DNA from: an uncultured archaeon
GTDB taxonomy: Archaea > Hadarchaeota > Hadarchaeia > Hadarchaeales > WYZ-LMO6
Assembly (NCBI GenBank): GCA_938074535.1
Contig: CALJER010000005.1
Coordinates: 1-64,000 of the forward strand
Length of the DNA: 64,000 bases
Direction: 5' to 3'
Part shown: one piece after another, positions 40,469 to 50,022 of the stretch
Numbering within the stretch: position 1 is the first letter of the stretch
Layout: each line of letters begins with the position of its first letter
The notes under the pieces: generated by a model
The model's database searches: none
What the model saw: only the letters and a program-made list of their open reading frames with translations
What the model was told of the DNA's origin: nothing
Program-made: the position numbers and the translations under genes

Positions 40469-41178
40469 ACCCCGCCTCCCCGAAGGCCGATCAGAAGGAG
40501 GTGGTCTATTCCCCGGAGAGATGGAAGCTCCTGGGGGAGCTCAGAAAAAGGGCGCTGGAGGTGATGGGGGCCCTCTCGAGAAGGGGGATGGAAGCGCTGG
40601 TGCACGGAAGCCTGGCCAGGGGGGACGTGGACGAGGGAAGCGACATCGACCTCTTCCTCCCCCAGCCCCTCCCCTCCTACCTGGTGGAGACGGCCCTGGC
40701 GGAGGCGGGCCTCTTTCCCGAGCGAAGGGAGCTGGTGATGGCCACCCCCTGGCAGCTTCCGAAGGCCCACCTCCACCTGGACGAGCGAACGGTGGTCACC
40801 TTCCCCCTCCTGAGGCCCAGACCCCTGGAGCTGGAGTTCTACCGCTTCGGGGGCGCACTTGAGAGGGAGGGTCTGGAGAGGGGGGAAAGGGTGCCGGGGG
40901 TGGACAAGAGGCTCATGCTCGTAGAACCCACCCCCTCCGGACACGCGGAGAGCCCGGTGAGGGGGAGGGAGGGGGAGGTGGCCGGGAGGCTGGGCGTGAG
41001 CCTGGAGCTCGTGAGGGAGAGGATACAGGTGCTCACCGCCAGGAAGGAAGAGGGGCACACGGGCCTCTTCTTCAAAAGGGAGCTCTCCCCCGAGGAGAGC
41101 TTCGAGAGGGTCTTCGACCGGCTGGCCCGCTCCCGCTCCCTGCCGAGGCTCAGGCTCAGCTCCGGGAGGCCTCGGTGA
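40444..41178 (+). CDS. Archaeal Pol-beta-superfamily nucleotidyltransferase (COG2413-like); start uncertain
   Basis: HGSLARGDV...SDID, EFYRFGG, RVPGVDKRL and GHTGLF. Confidence 0.8.
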   Translation: MGKGSGGVNPASPKADQKEVVYSPERWKLLGELRKRALEVMGALSRRGMEALVHGSLARGDVDEGSDIDLFLPQPLPSYLVETALAEAGLFPERRELVMATPWQLPKAHLHLDERTVVTFPLLRPRPLELEFYRFGGALEREGLERGERVPGVDKRLMLVEPTPSGHAESPVRGREGEVAGRLGVSLELVRERIQVLTARKEEGHTGLFFKRELSPEESFERVFDRLARSRSLPRLRLSSGRPR

Positions 41179-42730
41179 GGCGGGAGACGACGAAGCTCCT
41201 CTCCATGGCGGAGAGGAAGTTCCCCACCCTGGGACCGGCCTCCCTCCCTATGAAGACCAGGTAGAGGGCCCTGAAGAGCTCGGGCGGATCCATCCCCAGC
41301 CCCCTGGCCACCTCGTAGACCTTGTTGTGGAGGGCCAGGGGATCGTACTCCCCCTCCCGCAGCTCGGCGGCCAGCCTGGAGAGGGCCCTCCTCTGCACCT
41401 CCGTGAGCCTTCCCCTCACCTCCTCCGGCAGGACCTCCAGCACCCTGAACCTCATCCACTCCGGGGCGTACTCCTCCACCCACCTCCTGGCCCTCCTGAG
41501 CCTCCCCAGGGCCCTGCGCAGGTCCTCCTCCTCCGGCTGGACCAGGAAACCCCTCTCCCTCATGATCTCCAGTCCCCTTTCCTCCCTCTCCCCCACCACC
41601 TGGCTCAGGACCGCCGCGAACCTGAAGGGGACGCGCTGCGGTTTCCTGGCCGGCACACCCTCCACCTGGGAAAGCTCGTAGATCCTTGAGAGCTGTTCCT
41701 CCCTCCTTCCCTCCCCCCCGGAGAAGTAGAGCTCCTCCACCCGGTCGTACTCGTCGTAGAGGTCGAGCAGGGGAAGACCGGGGTCGAAGGACTTGCTCTT
41801 CATGGCCTTGCTCCTGAAGATGAAGTACCTGAGGAGCTCCGGCTCGGCTACGGAAAGCCACTGGGAGAGGGTGAACACCACCCCCCTGGAGGAGGACATG
41901 CGCTTCCCGGAAAGGCTCACCCACTCGTAGGGGATGGGATAGGGGGCCTGCCAGCCAAAGACCCTCTCCGCAATTTCCTTCCCCGTCTCGTAGCTGCCCC
42001 CCCTCACCGCATGGTCCTTCCCGAAGGGCTCGCAGGTCACTCCCAGCAGCTTCCACCTGGCCGGCCACTCCACCCTCCAGGTGAGCTTGCCCTCCCCCTT
42101 CGTGTAGTCCGCCTTTCCCTCGTGCCCGCAGCCCCCCACGTAGCTGCAGCCCTCGCAAACGTACTTCACGTAGTCTCCCGACCACGCGTAGGCCCTGGTG
42201 GTGGAGATCCTGCCGCAGTTCTCGCAGAGGGGGTCGTACGGAAGCCAGCCCTCGGGGAGGGGCCTGTCCCGGTACCTGTTGAGGATTCCCCTTATCTCCT
42301 CCGCCCTCTCGAGGGAGAGCCTTATCAGGGGGGCCATCCTTCCGCTCCGGTAAACCTGGCTCCCCCTCATTACCTTCAGCCTGAGGCCGAACTCCCTGAA
42401 GGAGGCTATGAACCCGCGGGAGAAATAGTCCACGAAGTCCTCGAAACCCTCCTCGGGCGAGGGAAGGGTGGCGTAGGGCATCCCCAGGTAGCGCTGGTAG
42501 GAAGGGGGGAGGGGCCAGGGGACTCTGCGGAGGGGATCGAAGTCGTCCGCGTACCAGATGGCCTCGGCCCTCCCGCCCCTCTCCTCCACCGCCCTCCTGA
42601 CCCCGTCGGCGATGAACACGTCGTTGGAGTGCCCTATGTGGATGTGCCCGGAGATGGAGATCCCGCTGGCCACCACGTGCTCCCTCCCCCTGGAGAGCAG
42701 GCTCTCCGCCACCTCGTCTATCCAGTGCAT
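41156..42730 (-). CDS. lysS: Lysyl-tRNA synthetase, class I
   Basis: MHW, SGHIHIGH, WRVEWPARW, EPFGKDH, MSSSRG and GPR. Confidence 0.95.
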   Translation of the reverse strand: MHWIDEVAESLLSRGREHVVASGISISGHIHIGHSNDVFIADGVRRAVEERGGRAEAIWYADDFDPLRRVPWPLPPSYQRYLGMPYATLPSPEEGFEDFVDYFSRGFIASFREFGLRLKVMRGSQVYRSGRMAPLIRLSLERAEEIRGILNRYRDRPLPEGWLPYDPLCENCGRISTTRAYAWSGDYVKYVCEGCSYVGGCGHEGKADYTKGEGKLTWRVEWPARWKLLGVTCEPFGKDHAVRGGSYETGKEIAERVFGWQAPYPIPYEWVSLSGKRMSSSRGVVFTLSQWLSVAEPELLRYFIFRSKAMKSKSFDPGLPLLDLYDEYDRVEELYFSGGEGRREEQLSRIYELSQVEGVPARKPQRVPFRFAAVLSQVVGEREERGLEIMRERGFLVQPEEEDLRRALGRLRRARRWVEEYAPEWMRFRVLEVLPEEVRGRLTEVQRRALSRLAAELREGEYDPLALHNKVYEVARGLGMDPPELFRALYLVFIGREAGPRVGNFLSAMERSFVVSRLTEASRS

Positions 42731-42765
42731 CCGCAAGATTTTATTCACGCTCTCTAAAAGGTGGT

Positions 42766-43920
42766 GTGCCACCCAGACCTGCGGAGAGGATGAAAAGCAT
42801 ACCGCCCTCCAGCACCCTCAGGGTCCTCTCCCTGGCCAAGAGGCTGGAGAGGGAGGGAAGGAGGATCCTCCACCTGGAGGTGGGGGAGCCGGACTTCGAC
42901 ACCCCCGAGCACGTGAAGAGGGCCGCCTGGGAGGCCCTGCAGAAAGGGATGACCAAATACACTCCCTCCGAGGGAATGCCGGAGCTGAGGGAGGCCGTGG
43001 CGGAGAGGGTGGGGGCGGAGGCCGGAAACGTGCTGATCACGCCGGGGGCCAAGCACGCCATCTTCTGCGCCATGGAGGCCATCCTGGACCCGGGCGAGGA
43101 GGTGATCCTTCCCTCCCCCTGCTGGACCTACGACGGCATCGTGCTGAGCGCGGGGGGGAAGCCCGTCTTCCTGGAGACGAAGATGGAGGAGGGCTTCAGG
43201 GTGGACCCTGAGAGACTGGAGAAGGCGCTCACCCCCAGGACCAGGCTCCTCGTCCTCAACTCTCCCTCCAATCCCACCGGGGCCGTGCTGGACGGGGAGA
43301 ACCTCAGGGCCATCCTGGAGCTGGCCAGGGAAAAGAACCTCTGGATCCTCACGGACGAGATCTACGACCGCCTGGTCTACGAGGGTGAGAGCACCAGCCT
43401 CCTCTCCCTCGCGGGGTCGCTGGAGGGCATCGTCTACATCAACGGCTTCTCCAAGACCTACGCCATGACGGGATGGAGGCTGGGGTATGCCGTGGCGCCC
43501 AGGGAGCTGGTGGCGGAGATGAACAAGATCCAGCAGGCCTCCACCTCCTGCGTCCCGGGCTTCGTGCAGGCGGCCGGGCTGGAGGCCCTGAGGGGCCCCC
43601 AGGACTTCGTGGAGAGGATGAGGAACGAGTTCAGGAGGAGGAGGGACTTCCTGGTGAAGGGGCTCTCCTCCCTGGGTCTGAGGTGCCTGCCGCCGCGTGG
43701 GGCCTTCTACGCCTTCCCCCGCCTTCCCGAGGGGACCGGGGACTCCACCCGCTTCTGCGAGCTGCTGCTGGAGAGGGCGGGGATAGCCTCCGTTCCCGGG
43801 GCGGGCTTCGGACCCTTCGGGGAAGGCCACGTGAGGTTCAGCTTCGCCTGCTCCATGGAGGTGCTCAGGGAGACCCTGGAGAGGCTTGGAGAGTTCTTGA
43901 GTTCAAGTACCTGGCGGTGA
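42766..43920 (+). CDS. Aspartate/aromatic aminotransferase class I/II
   Basis: GEPDF, NSPSNPTG, DEIY and SKTYAMTGWRLG. Confidence 0.9.
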   Translation: MPPRPAERMKSIPPSSTLRVLSLAKRLEREGRRILHLEVGEPDFDTPEHVKRAAWEALQKGMTKYTPSEGMPELREAVAERVGAEAGNVLITPGAKHAIFCAMEAILDPGEEVILPSPCWTYDGIVLSAGGKPVFLETKMEEGFRVDPERLEKALTPRTRLLVLNSPSNPTGAVLDGENLRAILELAREKNLWILTDEIYDRLVYEGESTSLLSLAGSLEGIVYINGFSKTYAMTGWRLGYAVAPRELVAEMNKIQQASTSCVPGFVQAAGLEALRGPQDFVERMRNEFRRRRDFLVKGLSSLGLRCLPPRGAFYAFPRLPEGTGDSTRFCELLLERAGIASVPGAGFGPFGEGHVRFSFACSMEVLRETLERLGEFLSSSTWR

Positions 43921-44539
43921 GGAGCTCCCTGATCCTCTTCGCCTTGATCCTTCCTATTCCCCTCACCTCCCTCAGCTCCCTTTCGGAAGCCCTCATCACC
44001 CCCTCCACCGTCCCGAAGTGCCGGAGCAGCCTCTCCGCGAGCACGGAGGAAACCCCCGGAAGCCCCTCCACCACGAACCTCTGCTGGAGGGAAAGGGGCG
44101 GGCCCTCCCTCTTCCTCCTCAGGGGGGGAAGCCTCCTCCCCTCCTCCCTCTCCCTCCTGGCTAGGAGCCAGAGGAGGGAGGCGGTCTGGGAGCGGTCCCT
44201 GGTCCTCAGCACGGGTATCCCCAGGGTCACCGAGAGGTGGAGCAGAGCCCCCTGCACCGCGTGGGGGTGGAGCCCCCCCAGCTCCTCCGGATCCTCCCTG
44301 CCCTCCACCACGAGCACCGGCCTCTCAAACTTCTCCTTCATCCTCCTGGCCTGATCCATCAGCCTCCCGTCCACGATCGACCTGCAGAAGTCCCTCACGC
44401 TCTTCCTCTCCACCACCACCCTGTCGCTCACCACGAAGTCCCCCACCTCCAGCCTGCCCGCCTCCGGCTCCACGCCCCTCTTCCTCAGCTCCCTTTCCAG
44501 CTCCCCCTCCAGCTCCCTCCTGTCCGCCAGGATCCTCAG
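43865..44539 (-). CDS. ERCC4/XPF-family nuclease (short form with HhH)
   Basis: ILADRRE, GDFVVS, VERKS and SIVDGRL with C-terminal HhH. Probable CTG start overlapping the xpd stop (CTGA). Confidence 0.85.
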   Translation of the reverse strand: MRILADRRELEGELERELRKRGVEPEAGRLEVGDFVVSDRVVVERKSVRDFCRSIVDGRLMDQARRMKEKFERPVLVVEGREDPEELGGLHPHAVQGALLHLSVTLGIPVLRTRDRSQTASLLWLLARREREEGRRLPPLRRKREGPPLSLQQRFVVEGLPGVSSVLAERLLRHFGTVEGVMRASERELREVRGIGRIKAKRIRELLTARYLNSRTLQASPGSP

Positions 44540-46434
44540 TCCACCCCGAAGAACTCCTCCAGCCTCCTCCGTAGCTCTCCCTCCTCCACCCTCCTCAGCC
44601 TCTCCCCCATCCAGGCGGGAAGGCTCTTCCTCACGAAGGGGGAGAACACCCTCTCGTCCAGGAAGACCACGGCCGCCCGGTCGGAGGGGAGCCTGTGGGC
44701 CCTCCCCGCGGCCTGGGCCAGGCGCCGGTGGGCGGGGAGGTAGTAGCCGTATCTCCTCCCCAGGCCGGGGAACTGGTCCTCCCAGTACTCCACCGTCCTC
44801 TCCAGGCGCTTGCTCGGCGGGGCGTAGGGTATCCCCACCAGCACCACGGAGTCCATCTGGTGCCCCGGATAGTCTCCCCCCTCCGCGTTCCTCCCCCCCA
44901 TCACCCCCAGGAGGACCGCCCCTCCCCTTTCCGCCCAGGATTTGAACTCCCTGACCTTCCTGTCGTTCTCCTCCGAGGAGCTCTCCCTCTCCTCCACGAA
45001 GAGGGGCCTGGAGAGGCCCTCCTCCAAGCCGGCCTCCAGCAGCCCCTCCAGGACCTCGTAGCTTGCCGTGAAGACTCCCACGTTTCCCGGGGTGCTGGCC
45101 TCCACCGCCAGGATCCCCCTCACCATCTTCCGGTACATCTCCCGGCTCCTGCTCTGCTCCCTGGTGGTGACCCCCTTCAGCACCAGGGCGAGCACGTTCT
45201 CGGGGGGGAAGGGGGAGGAGCACCTGAGCTTCAGGGGGGAGGAAAGACCCACCACGTCGGCGTAGGCCTCGAGGGGGGAAAGGGTCCCGGAGGTGCAGAC
45301 CGCCGCCCTCACCCCCTCCAGCACGGGAAGGGTGAGGGATCTGGGATCGAGGGCCTGCACCTCCAGCACGGGGGTTCCGTCTTCCCTCACCGAAACTATT
45401 CTCAGGAACTCCTTCCTGCCCGCCGTCCCGTCCACCCTGAGGAGGAACTTCCCCACCGCCCTCAGGTGGGACCTGGGGGCCCTTCCCTCCCTCACCTTAA
45501 GGAGCAGCGCCCTCTCCCCGGCCTCCAGCAGACGCTCCCCGGCCTCCCTCGCCCCTCCGAGCCTCTCACAAATCTTTTCCTCCAGCTCCCCGCCCTCCAG
45601 CACCCTCTCCTCCCCCTCCCGCCCTCCCCGCGAGAGCTCCTCCAGCACCTCCCTCATCCCCGAGCAGAGCTCCTCCGCCTCTTCGTCCCCCAGCTCGGCG
45701 GCCTCCCTCTCCCCCTGGAGGAGGGAACCAAGCGTCAGCCTCTCGCTCGCCAGCTCCACCGCCAGCTCGGGAAGGTTGTGGGCCTCGTCGAAGACCACCG
45801 CCAGCTCGGAGAGGTCCGCCTCCAGGCTCCTGAGGAAGGAGGGGCGGATGGAGGGATCGAGCAGGTAGAGGTAGCTGCAGGCCACCACCCTCATCCCCGG
45901 CAGCAGGCGCCTGGAGATCTCGTAGGGGCAGAGGCCCTCCTCCCTGCACCTCCTGAAGAGCTCGCCGGCCGTGAGCTGCCGCCCGGAGAATCCGGAGACC
46001 AGCTCCTCTCCCTTCCCCTCCAGCCTGCCGAAGAACTCGCACCTCCCTTCCCCTTTCAGAACGGAGCACAGATGGGCAGCCTCCCCCGCCCCCGAGGTGA
46101 ACCTCCTGAGGAGGGGATGGAGGCACATCTCCCTCCTGCCCCTCAGGGACATGCCGGGGACGCTCAGGCGGGAGGAGAGGATCCTCAGCTCCTCCACCAC
46201 CCTGTCCAGCTGGCCGTGCGTCCTGGAGCAGTACACCACCCTGGTCCCCTCGAGCTCGGGGGAGGAGAGGAGTCCGCACAGAAGGGCCACCGTTTTTCCC
46301 ATCCCGGTGGGGCCCTCCGCCACCAGCCGGCCGGATCCGCCCAGGGCCTTCCTCACCGCCGCCATCAGCTCCGCCTGGGGCTCCCTGACCTCCCGGTAGG
46401 GGAAAAGCGAGAGCAGCTCGGGGTACCCGCTCAG
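44536..46434 (-). CDS. xpd: XPD/Rad3 Fe-S DNA helicase
   Basis: FPY...Q, GPTGMGKT, Fe-S cysteines, CPYE, DEAHN, SGTLSP and QAAGRAHR. Start probably CTG at 46434, or ATG about 27 nt upstream. Confidence 0.9.
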   Translation of the reverse strand: MSGYPELLSLFPYREVREPQAELMAAVRKALGGSGRLVAEGPTGMGKTVALLCGLLSSPELEGTRVVYCSRTHGQLDRVVEELRILSSRLSVPGMSLRGRREMCLHPLLRRFTSGAGEAAHLCSVLKGEGRCEFFGRLEGKGEELVSGFSGRQLTAGELFRRCREEGLCPYEISRRLLPGMRVVACSYLYLLDPSIRPSFLRSLEADLSELAVVFDEAHNLPELAVELASERLTLGSLLQGEREAAELGDEEAEELCSGMREVLEELSRGGREGEERVLEGGELEEKICERLGGAREAGERLLEAGERALLLKVREGRAPRSHLRAVGKFLLRVDGTAGRKEFLRIVSVREDGTPVLEVQALDPRSLTLPVLEGVRAAVCTSGTLSPLEAYADVVGLSSPLKLRCSSPFPPENVLALVLKGVTTREQSRSREMYRKMVRGILAVEASTPGNVGVFTASYEVLEGLLEAGLEEGLSRPLFVEERESSSEENDRKVREFKSWAERGGAVLLGVMGGRNAEGGDYPGHQMDSVVLVGIPYAPPSKRLERTVEYWEDQFPGLGRRYGYYLPAHRRLAQAAGRAHRLPSDRAAVVFLDERVFSPFVRKSLPAWMGERLRRVEEGELRRRLEEFFGVD

Positions 46435-46718
46435 AGGGCCAGGTTGTAGACCAGAATCCATACCAGCAGCCAGCAGGCGAGGAAGGTCCAGACGCCGAGT
46501 TTGAGGGCCCTGACCGCCGACCACCCCCCCTCCGGGAACTGGGAGGGGGGGAGCTTCAGGAGGAAGGGGGTGAGCCTGTAGGCGAGGAAGAAGAAGAGGA
46601 GGAAGAGGAGGAGGGCGGGGGAGGAGGAATTGAGCTCGGCCGAGGCCAGGCCGGAGAGGAGGCCGGCCAGGGAACCGAACGCCATGAAGGGGAGGGAAGC
46701 CTTGGTCTTGAACTCCAA
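46431..46718 (-). CDS. Small three-TM membrane protein (EMC6-like archaeal family possible)
   Basis: Hydrophobic, ends WLLVWILVYNL. Confidence 0.65.
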   Translation of the reverse strand: MEFKTKASLPFMAFGSLAGLLSGLASAELNSSSPALLLFLLFFFLAYRLTPFLLKLPPSQFPEGGWSAVRALKLGVWTFLACWLLVWILVYNLAL

Positions 46719-46749
46719 CCTCTCACCTCCCGCTCTTTGCGGGGCGAGA

Positions 46750-47391
46750 CTAAAAAGGTTCCATCCTGGCCTCCATCACCAGCAGCTCCTCGAAGGGAAG
46801 CTTGAGCCTGGAGAGGACGGTGACCCGGAGCCCCCCCTCCTCCGCCCTCCTGAAGGTCTCCTCCACCCCCGAGAGGGAGGACTGGACGAAGAGGGACCTT
46901 CCCCCCTTGGAGAGATGGGAGGGAAGGGCGGAGAGGAAAGGGTCGAGCACCTCCCTGCCGTCCTCCCCCCCGCTCCATCTGGGGTCGCCCTCCCCCTCCT
47001 CCGGGAGGTAGGGGGGGTTGAAGAGGATGAGATCGAACCTGGAACTCCCCACCGGCTCGAAGAGGTTCCCCTTCCTCAGCTCCACCCTTTCCCCCACCCC
47101 GTTCTTCCAAGCGTTGAGCCAGGCGCACCGGAGGGCCTCCTCGCTCACGTCGGTGGCCAGCACCCTTCCACCCCTCTCCGCCGCCAGGACGGCCAGGATC
47201 CCGCAGCCCGTCCCCAGCTCCAGCACTCTCTCCCCCTCCCTCACCCGCAGGTGGTCTGCCAGGAGGAAGGTGTCCTCCGCCGGCTCGTAAACCCCCGGGA
47301 GGACGAGGAACTCCCTTCCCCCGTAGAACGTCCTGAGGACCTGGGGACGGGTTTTTCCCCTCCCGGCACCCTCGGCGCCGCAGCCAGGCAT
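46750..47391 (-). CDS. HemK/Mtq2-type protein glutamine methyltransferase
   Basis: VYEPAEDTFLL, ELGTGCG, FNPPY and GGEDGR. Confidence 0.9.
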   Translation of the reverse strand: MPGCGAEGAGRGKTRPQVLRTFYGGREFLVLPGVYEPAEDTFLLADHLRVREGERVLELGTGCGILAVLAAERGGRVLATDVSEEALRCAWLNAWKNGVGERVELRKGNLFEPVGSSRFDLILFNPPYLPEEGEGDPRWSGGEDGREVLDPFLSALPSHLSKGGRSLFVQSSLSGVEETFRRAEEGGLRVTVLSRLKLPFEELLVMEARMEPF

Positions 47392-47474
47392 GGAAGGTTC
47401 ACCCCATCCTCTCGGTACCCGCCAGCTTTAGAGGTTATCCGGGTCCAAAAATCCCTCCCGAAGGGCCGAAAACC

Positions 47475-48005
47475 TCACAGGAGAAGCCCCGCGGAAAGGA
47501 GCAGGCAGCCCATCCCCAGCACGTCGCAGAGGGAGGTGATGAGGGGCCCCGTCACGTTGTCGGGATCCAGCCCCCTGGCGAAGGAAACCAGGGAGAGGAG
47601 GGCGGAGGAGAGAACCACAACGGGGGTCAGGATGAGACCGCTCACCAGCAGGACCAGGGCGAGTTTACCGGACCCCCCCACCACGAGCAGGTAGAGGAAG
47701 AGGACGGCCGAGGTCGCCGCGTACATGAGCAGGCTGGAGGCGGAAATTGCCTTCAGGTTGAAGTACAGTTCCTTCCTCTGTCCCCTGGAGATGGTGCCCA
47801 GGTGCAGGGCCGAGCTCAGCCTGGCCCCCAGGATGGCGCCCACGTTGCCCGCGATGTCGTTGATGACGGGCACCAGCACCAGCAGGAAGGGGACGGAGTA
47901 GAAGAGGTCGAGGTGGTGCTCCGCCAGCAGCCCGGAAAAGGTGGAGATGAGGGCGCAGGCAACCAGGACGGAGTAAGTTTCCGCCACCGTTCTCCAGAAG
48001 CGCAC
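47475..48005 (-). CDS. MgtE/SLC41-type divalent cation transporter half-domain
   Basis: GNVGAILGARLSSALHLG and DPDNVTGPLITSLCD. Confidence 0.85.
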   Translation of the reverse strand: MRFWRTVAETYSVLVACALISTFSGLLAEHHLDLFYSVPFLLVLVPVINDIAGNVGAILGARLSSALHLGTISRGQRKELYFNLKAISASSLLMYAATSAVLFLYLLVVGGSGKLALVLLVSGLILTPVVVLSSALLSLVSFARGLDPDNVTGPLITSLCDVLGMGCLLLSAGLLL

Positions 48006-48009
48006 CCCC

Positions 48010-48567
48010 TCACCCCCAGAAGAGGACCACCAGGTAAATGCAGAGGACGGTGATGATGTCCCCCAGCGTGGTCATCACGGGCCCCGTCACGTTGTCCGGA
48101 TCCCACCTCCTCCTGAAGGAAAGGAGGGCCACGGCGATGGTCAGGAAGGTTATGAGGACGCCCGCCATGGTCCCGGAGATCAGGGCGATGCCCAGCAGGT
48201 CCAGAATGCGGGAGGACAGGCCGAGGGAGCCGCGGACGGCCAGAGAAATCCCGGCCACGGTCACGGAACCCACGATGCTGAGGAAAATCGCCGCCAGTGC
48301 GTTCCCCACCAGCTCCCAGCTCCTGGACAGTTTGGGTCTGAGGACGCCCAGGTGGAGGGCGGTGCCCAGCCTGGAACCGAGCGCGCAGCCTATGTTCCCC
48401 CTCAGCCCCACCAGAGGGGGAACCATCGTGAGGAGGCCAGGAACGACGTAGAATCTCTCCTTCATACCCTCCAGCACCGAGCCAGCGCTGAAGTCCGCCA
48501 CGGCACACAGGGTCAGCACGGAAAGACTCTGGACCAGCAGGCTCCTCAGGGCCCTCTCCATCCCCAC
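48010..48567 (-). CDS. MgtE/SLC41-type divalent cation transporter half-domain
   Basis: RGNIGCALGSRLGTALHLG and DPDNVTGPVMTTLGD. Confidence 0.85.
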   Translation of the reverse strand: MGMERALRSLLVQSLSVLTLCAVADFSAGSVLEGMKERFYVVPGLLTMVPPLVGLRGNIGCALGSRLGTALHLGVLRPKLSRSWELVGNALAAIFLSIVGSVTVAGISLAVRGSLGLSSRILDLLGIALISGTMAGVLITFLTIAVALLSFRRRWDPDNVTGPVMTTLGDIITVLCIYLVVLFWG

Positions 48568-48660
48568 CAGAACCCCCTCGGCACCCCTTCCTTAAAGGGT
48601 TAGGCCCGCGCTGCCCCGAGGCGGCTGCGATAGGGTTAAAAAGGGGTGGAAGGGAGGAGG

Positions 48661-49023
48661 ATGGAGAAAATGAAAATGGACGTGAAAAAGCTGATAGGGC
48701 CGGCGGCCTTCTACGTAGCCCTGCTGATAGCGGTGGTGGCAGCGGTGGCCATGGACCCCTCAGGAAAACTCTACGCGGCGCTGGCGGTGCTGGGGCTCAT
48801 AGTGGCGGTGTGCAACATCACGGGAGAGGAAACCGAGAAGTTCATCATGGGCTCCATAGCCTTCATCATCGCCGCGACGGGGATGCACCGCATGATCACC
48901 GCCACCGACGTGAGCTTGGCCGACGAAATCGTGCGCCTGGCCGCCAACATCACGGTGCTGCTGGGCGCCGGAGTGGTCCTCATCGCCCTGAAGGCCGTCT
49001 ACCAGCTGGCCAAGAGCGCGTAG
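48661..49023 (+). CDS. Conserved small four-TM membrane protein
   Basis: GLIVAVCNITGEETEKF-type motif; followed by a T-tract terminator. Confidence 0.7.
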   Translation: MEKMKMDVKKLIGPAAFYVALLIAVVAAVAMDPSGKLYAALAVLGLIVAVCNITGEETEKFIMGSIAFIIAATGMHRMITATDVSLADEIVRLAANITVLLGAGVVLIALKAVYQLAKSA

Positions 49024-49079
49024 GTTCCCCTTTTTCTTTTTTCCTTTTTTTTGGCGAACCAGCCGGGACCTTCTTTAGG

Positions 49080-49171
49080 AGCCCCGGGCGGGAATTGAAC
49101 CCGCGACCTCGCGCTTTCAGTTCCCGGGGGGAATACCAAGCGCGCGCTCTTACCGGCTGAGCTACCGGGGC
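49080..49171 (-). tRNA. tRNA-Thr(GGT) with an ~18-nt anticodon-loop intron (~49116-49133)
   Basis: Minus strand GCCCCGGTAGCTCAGCCGGTAAGAGCG-CGCGC-TTGGTA[ttccccccgggaactgaa]A-GCGCG...GGTTCAATTCCC-GCCCGGGGCT. Confidence 0.9.
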
Positions 49172-49314
49172 CTTCTTTTCTCTGCCTCCCCGGCTAAAAA
49201 ACCTGAGCCACCCCGCCCAGCCCACCTCGCCGTCTTTCCCCTTACGGTCTTTGCCGCCGGAAAGCCCCATCCGGGCCGGAGGGTGGGAGAGGGACCTCAG
49301 GGTGGTCTGAAATC

Positions 49315-49536
49315 CTGAAGAGGATGGACCCGGAAAAACTGGCCCTCCACGGCCTGAACTAGCCTCCAGGTCCTCCGACAGGATTGTGCACCCGCACAGG
49401 GAGGGGTGGCCACGGCGGGAAAACCGAAGGAGGTGCTCACGCGGAGGAAGCTGGAGCGTGCCTGCGGGGTGAGGGTCGGGGGAAGGGGGGGACCGAGGGT
49501 CCCACCTCCTCCCCGAGCCTGTGAGACCAAGCCTTA
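49315..49536 (+). pseudogene. Frameshifted C-terminal remnant of a FepC/BtuD-like ABC ATPase
   Basis: Three frames stitch to LALHGLN / ASRSSDRIV / GRVATAGKPKEVLTRRKLERACGVRV. Confidence 0.6.
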
Positions 49537-49562
49537 AGTAAGAAAAGGGGAAACTAAACTCA

Positions 49563-50021
49563 ATGGTGAGCCTGAGCGGCCTTAGGGTGATCAACCTGAG
49601 GGAGGGGGACCTGCAGGAGGTGATGGAGCTCGGCCACAAATGCTTCCCCGACCCCTACCCCATGGGCCTCCTGGAGCAGCTCTACAAAAGCGACCCCTCG
49701 GGCTTCATGGGGGTGAGGATAGACGGAAAGCTGGTGGGGTACCTCATCTGCACCATGAGGTGGGGCGGGGTGGGGCACATCCTGTCCGTAGCCGTGGACC
49801 CTGGATACCGCAGGAGGGGGGTGGGGAGGGCCCTCATCCAGAAGGCCCTCGAGAGGCTGAGGAAAGAGGGGGCGACGGCCGTGAGGCTGGAGGCCAGAAA
49901 GAGCAACCTGGGGGCCAGAGCCTTCTACACCGCCCTGGGCTTCAAAGAAGAAAGAGAGCTCCCCCACTACTACGAGGACGGGGAGACCGCCGTGCTCATG
50001 TGGTATACCTACCCCACCTGA
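49563..50021 (+). CDS. rimI: RimI/Ard1-like N-acetyltransferase
   Basis: GHILSVAVDPGYRRRGVG, LEARKSN and YYEDGE. Confidence 0.85.
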   Translation: MVSLSGLRVINLREGDLQEVMELGHKCFPDPYPMGLLEQLYKSDPSGFMGVRIDGKLVGYLICTMRWGGVGHILSVAVDPGYRRRGVGRALIQKALERLRKEGATAVRLEARKSNLGARAFYTALGFKEERELPHYYEDGETAVLMWYTYPT

Positions 50022-50022
50022 G

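Noticed and set aside
43865-43920. 56-nt convergent overlap between the aminotransferase and the ERCC4 nuclease
   Set aside because: Short tail-to-tail overlaps are common in this compact genome (also lysS/nucleotidyltransferase and DUF357/arfB).
49200-49540. Possible RNase P RNA in a GC-rich intergenic region
   Set aside because: No GAGGAAAGUCC/AACAGAA P4 signatures; better explained as an ABC-ATPase remnant.
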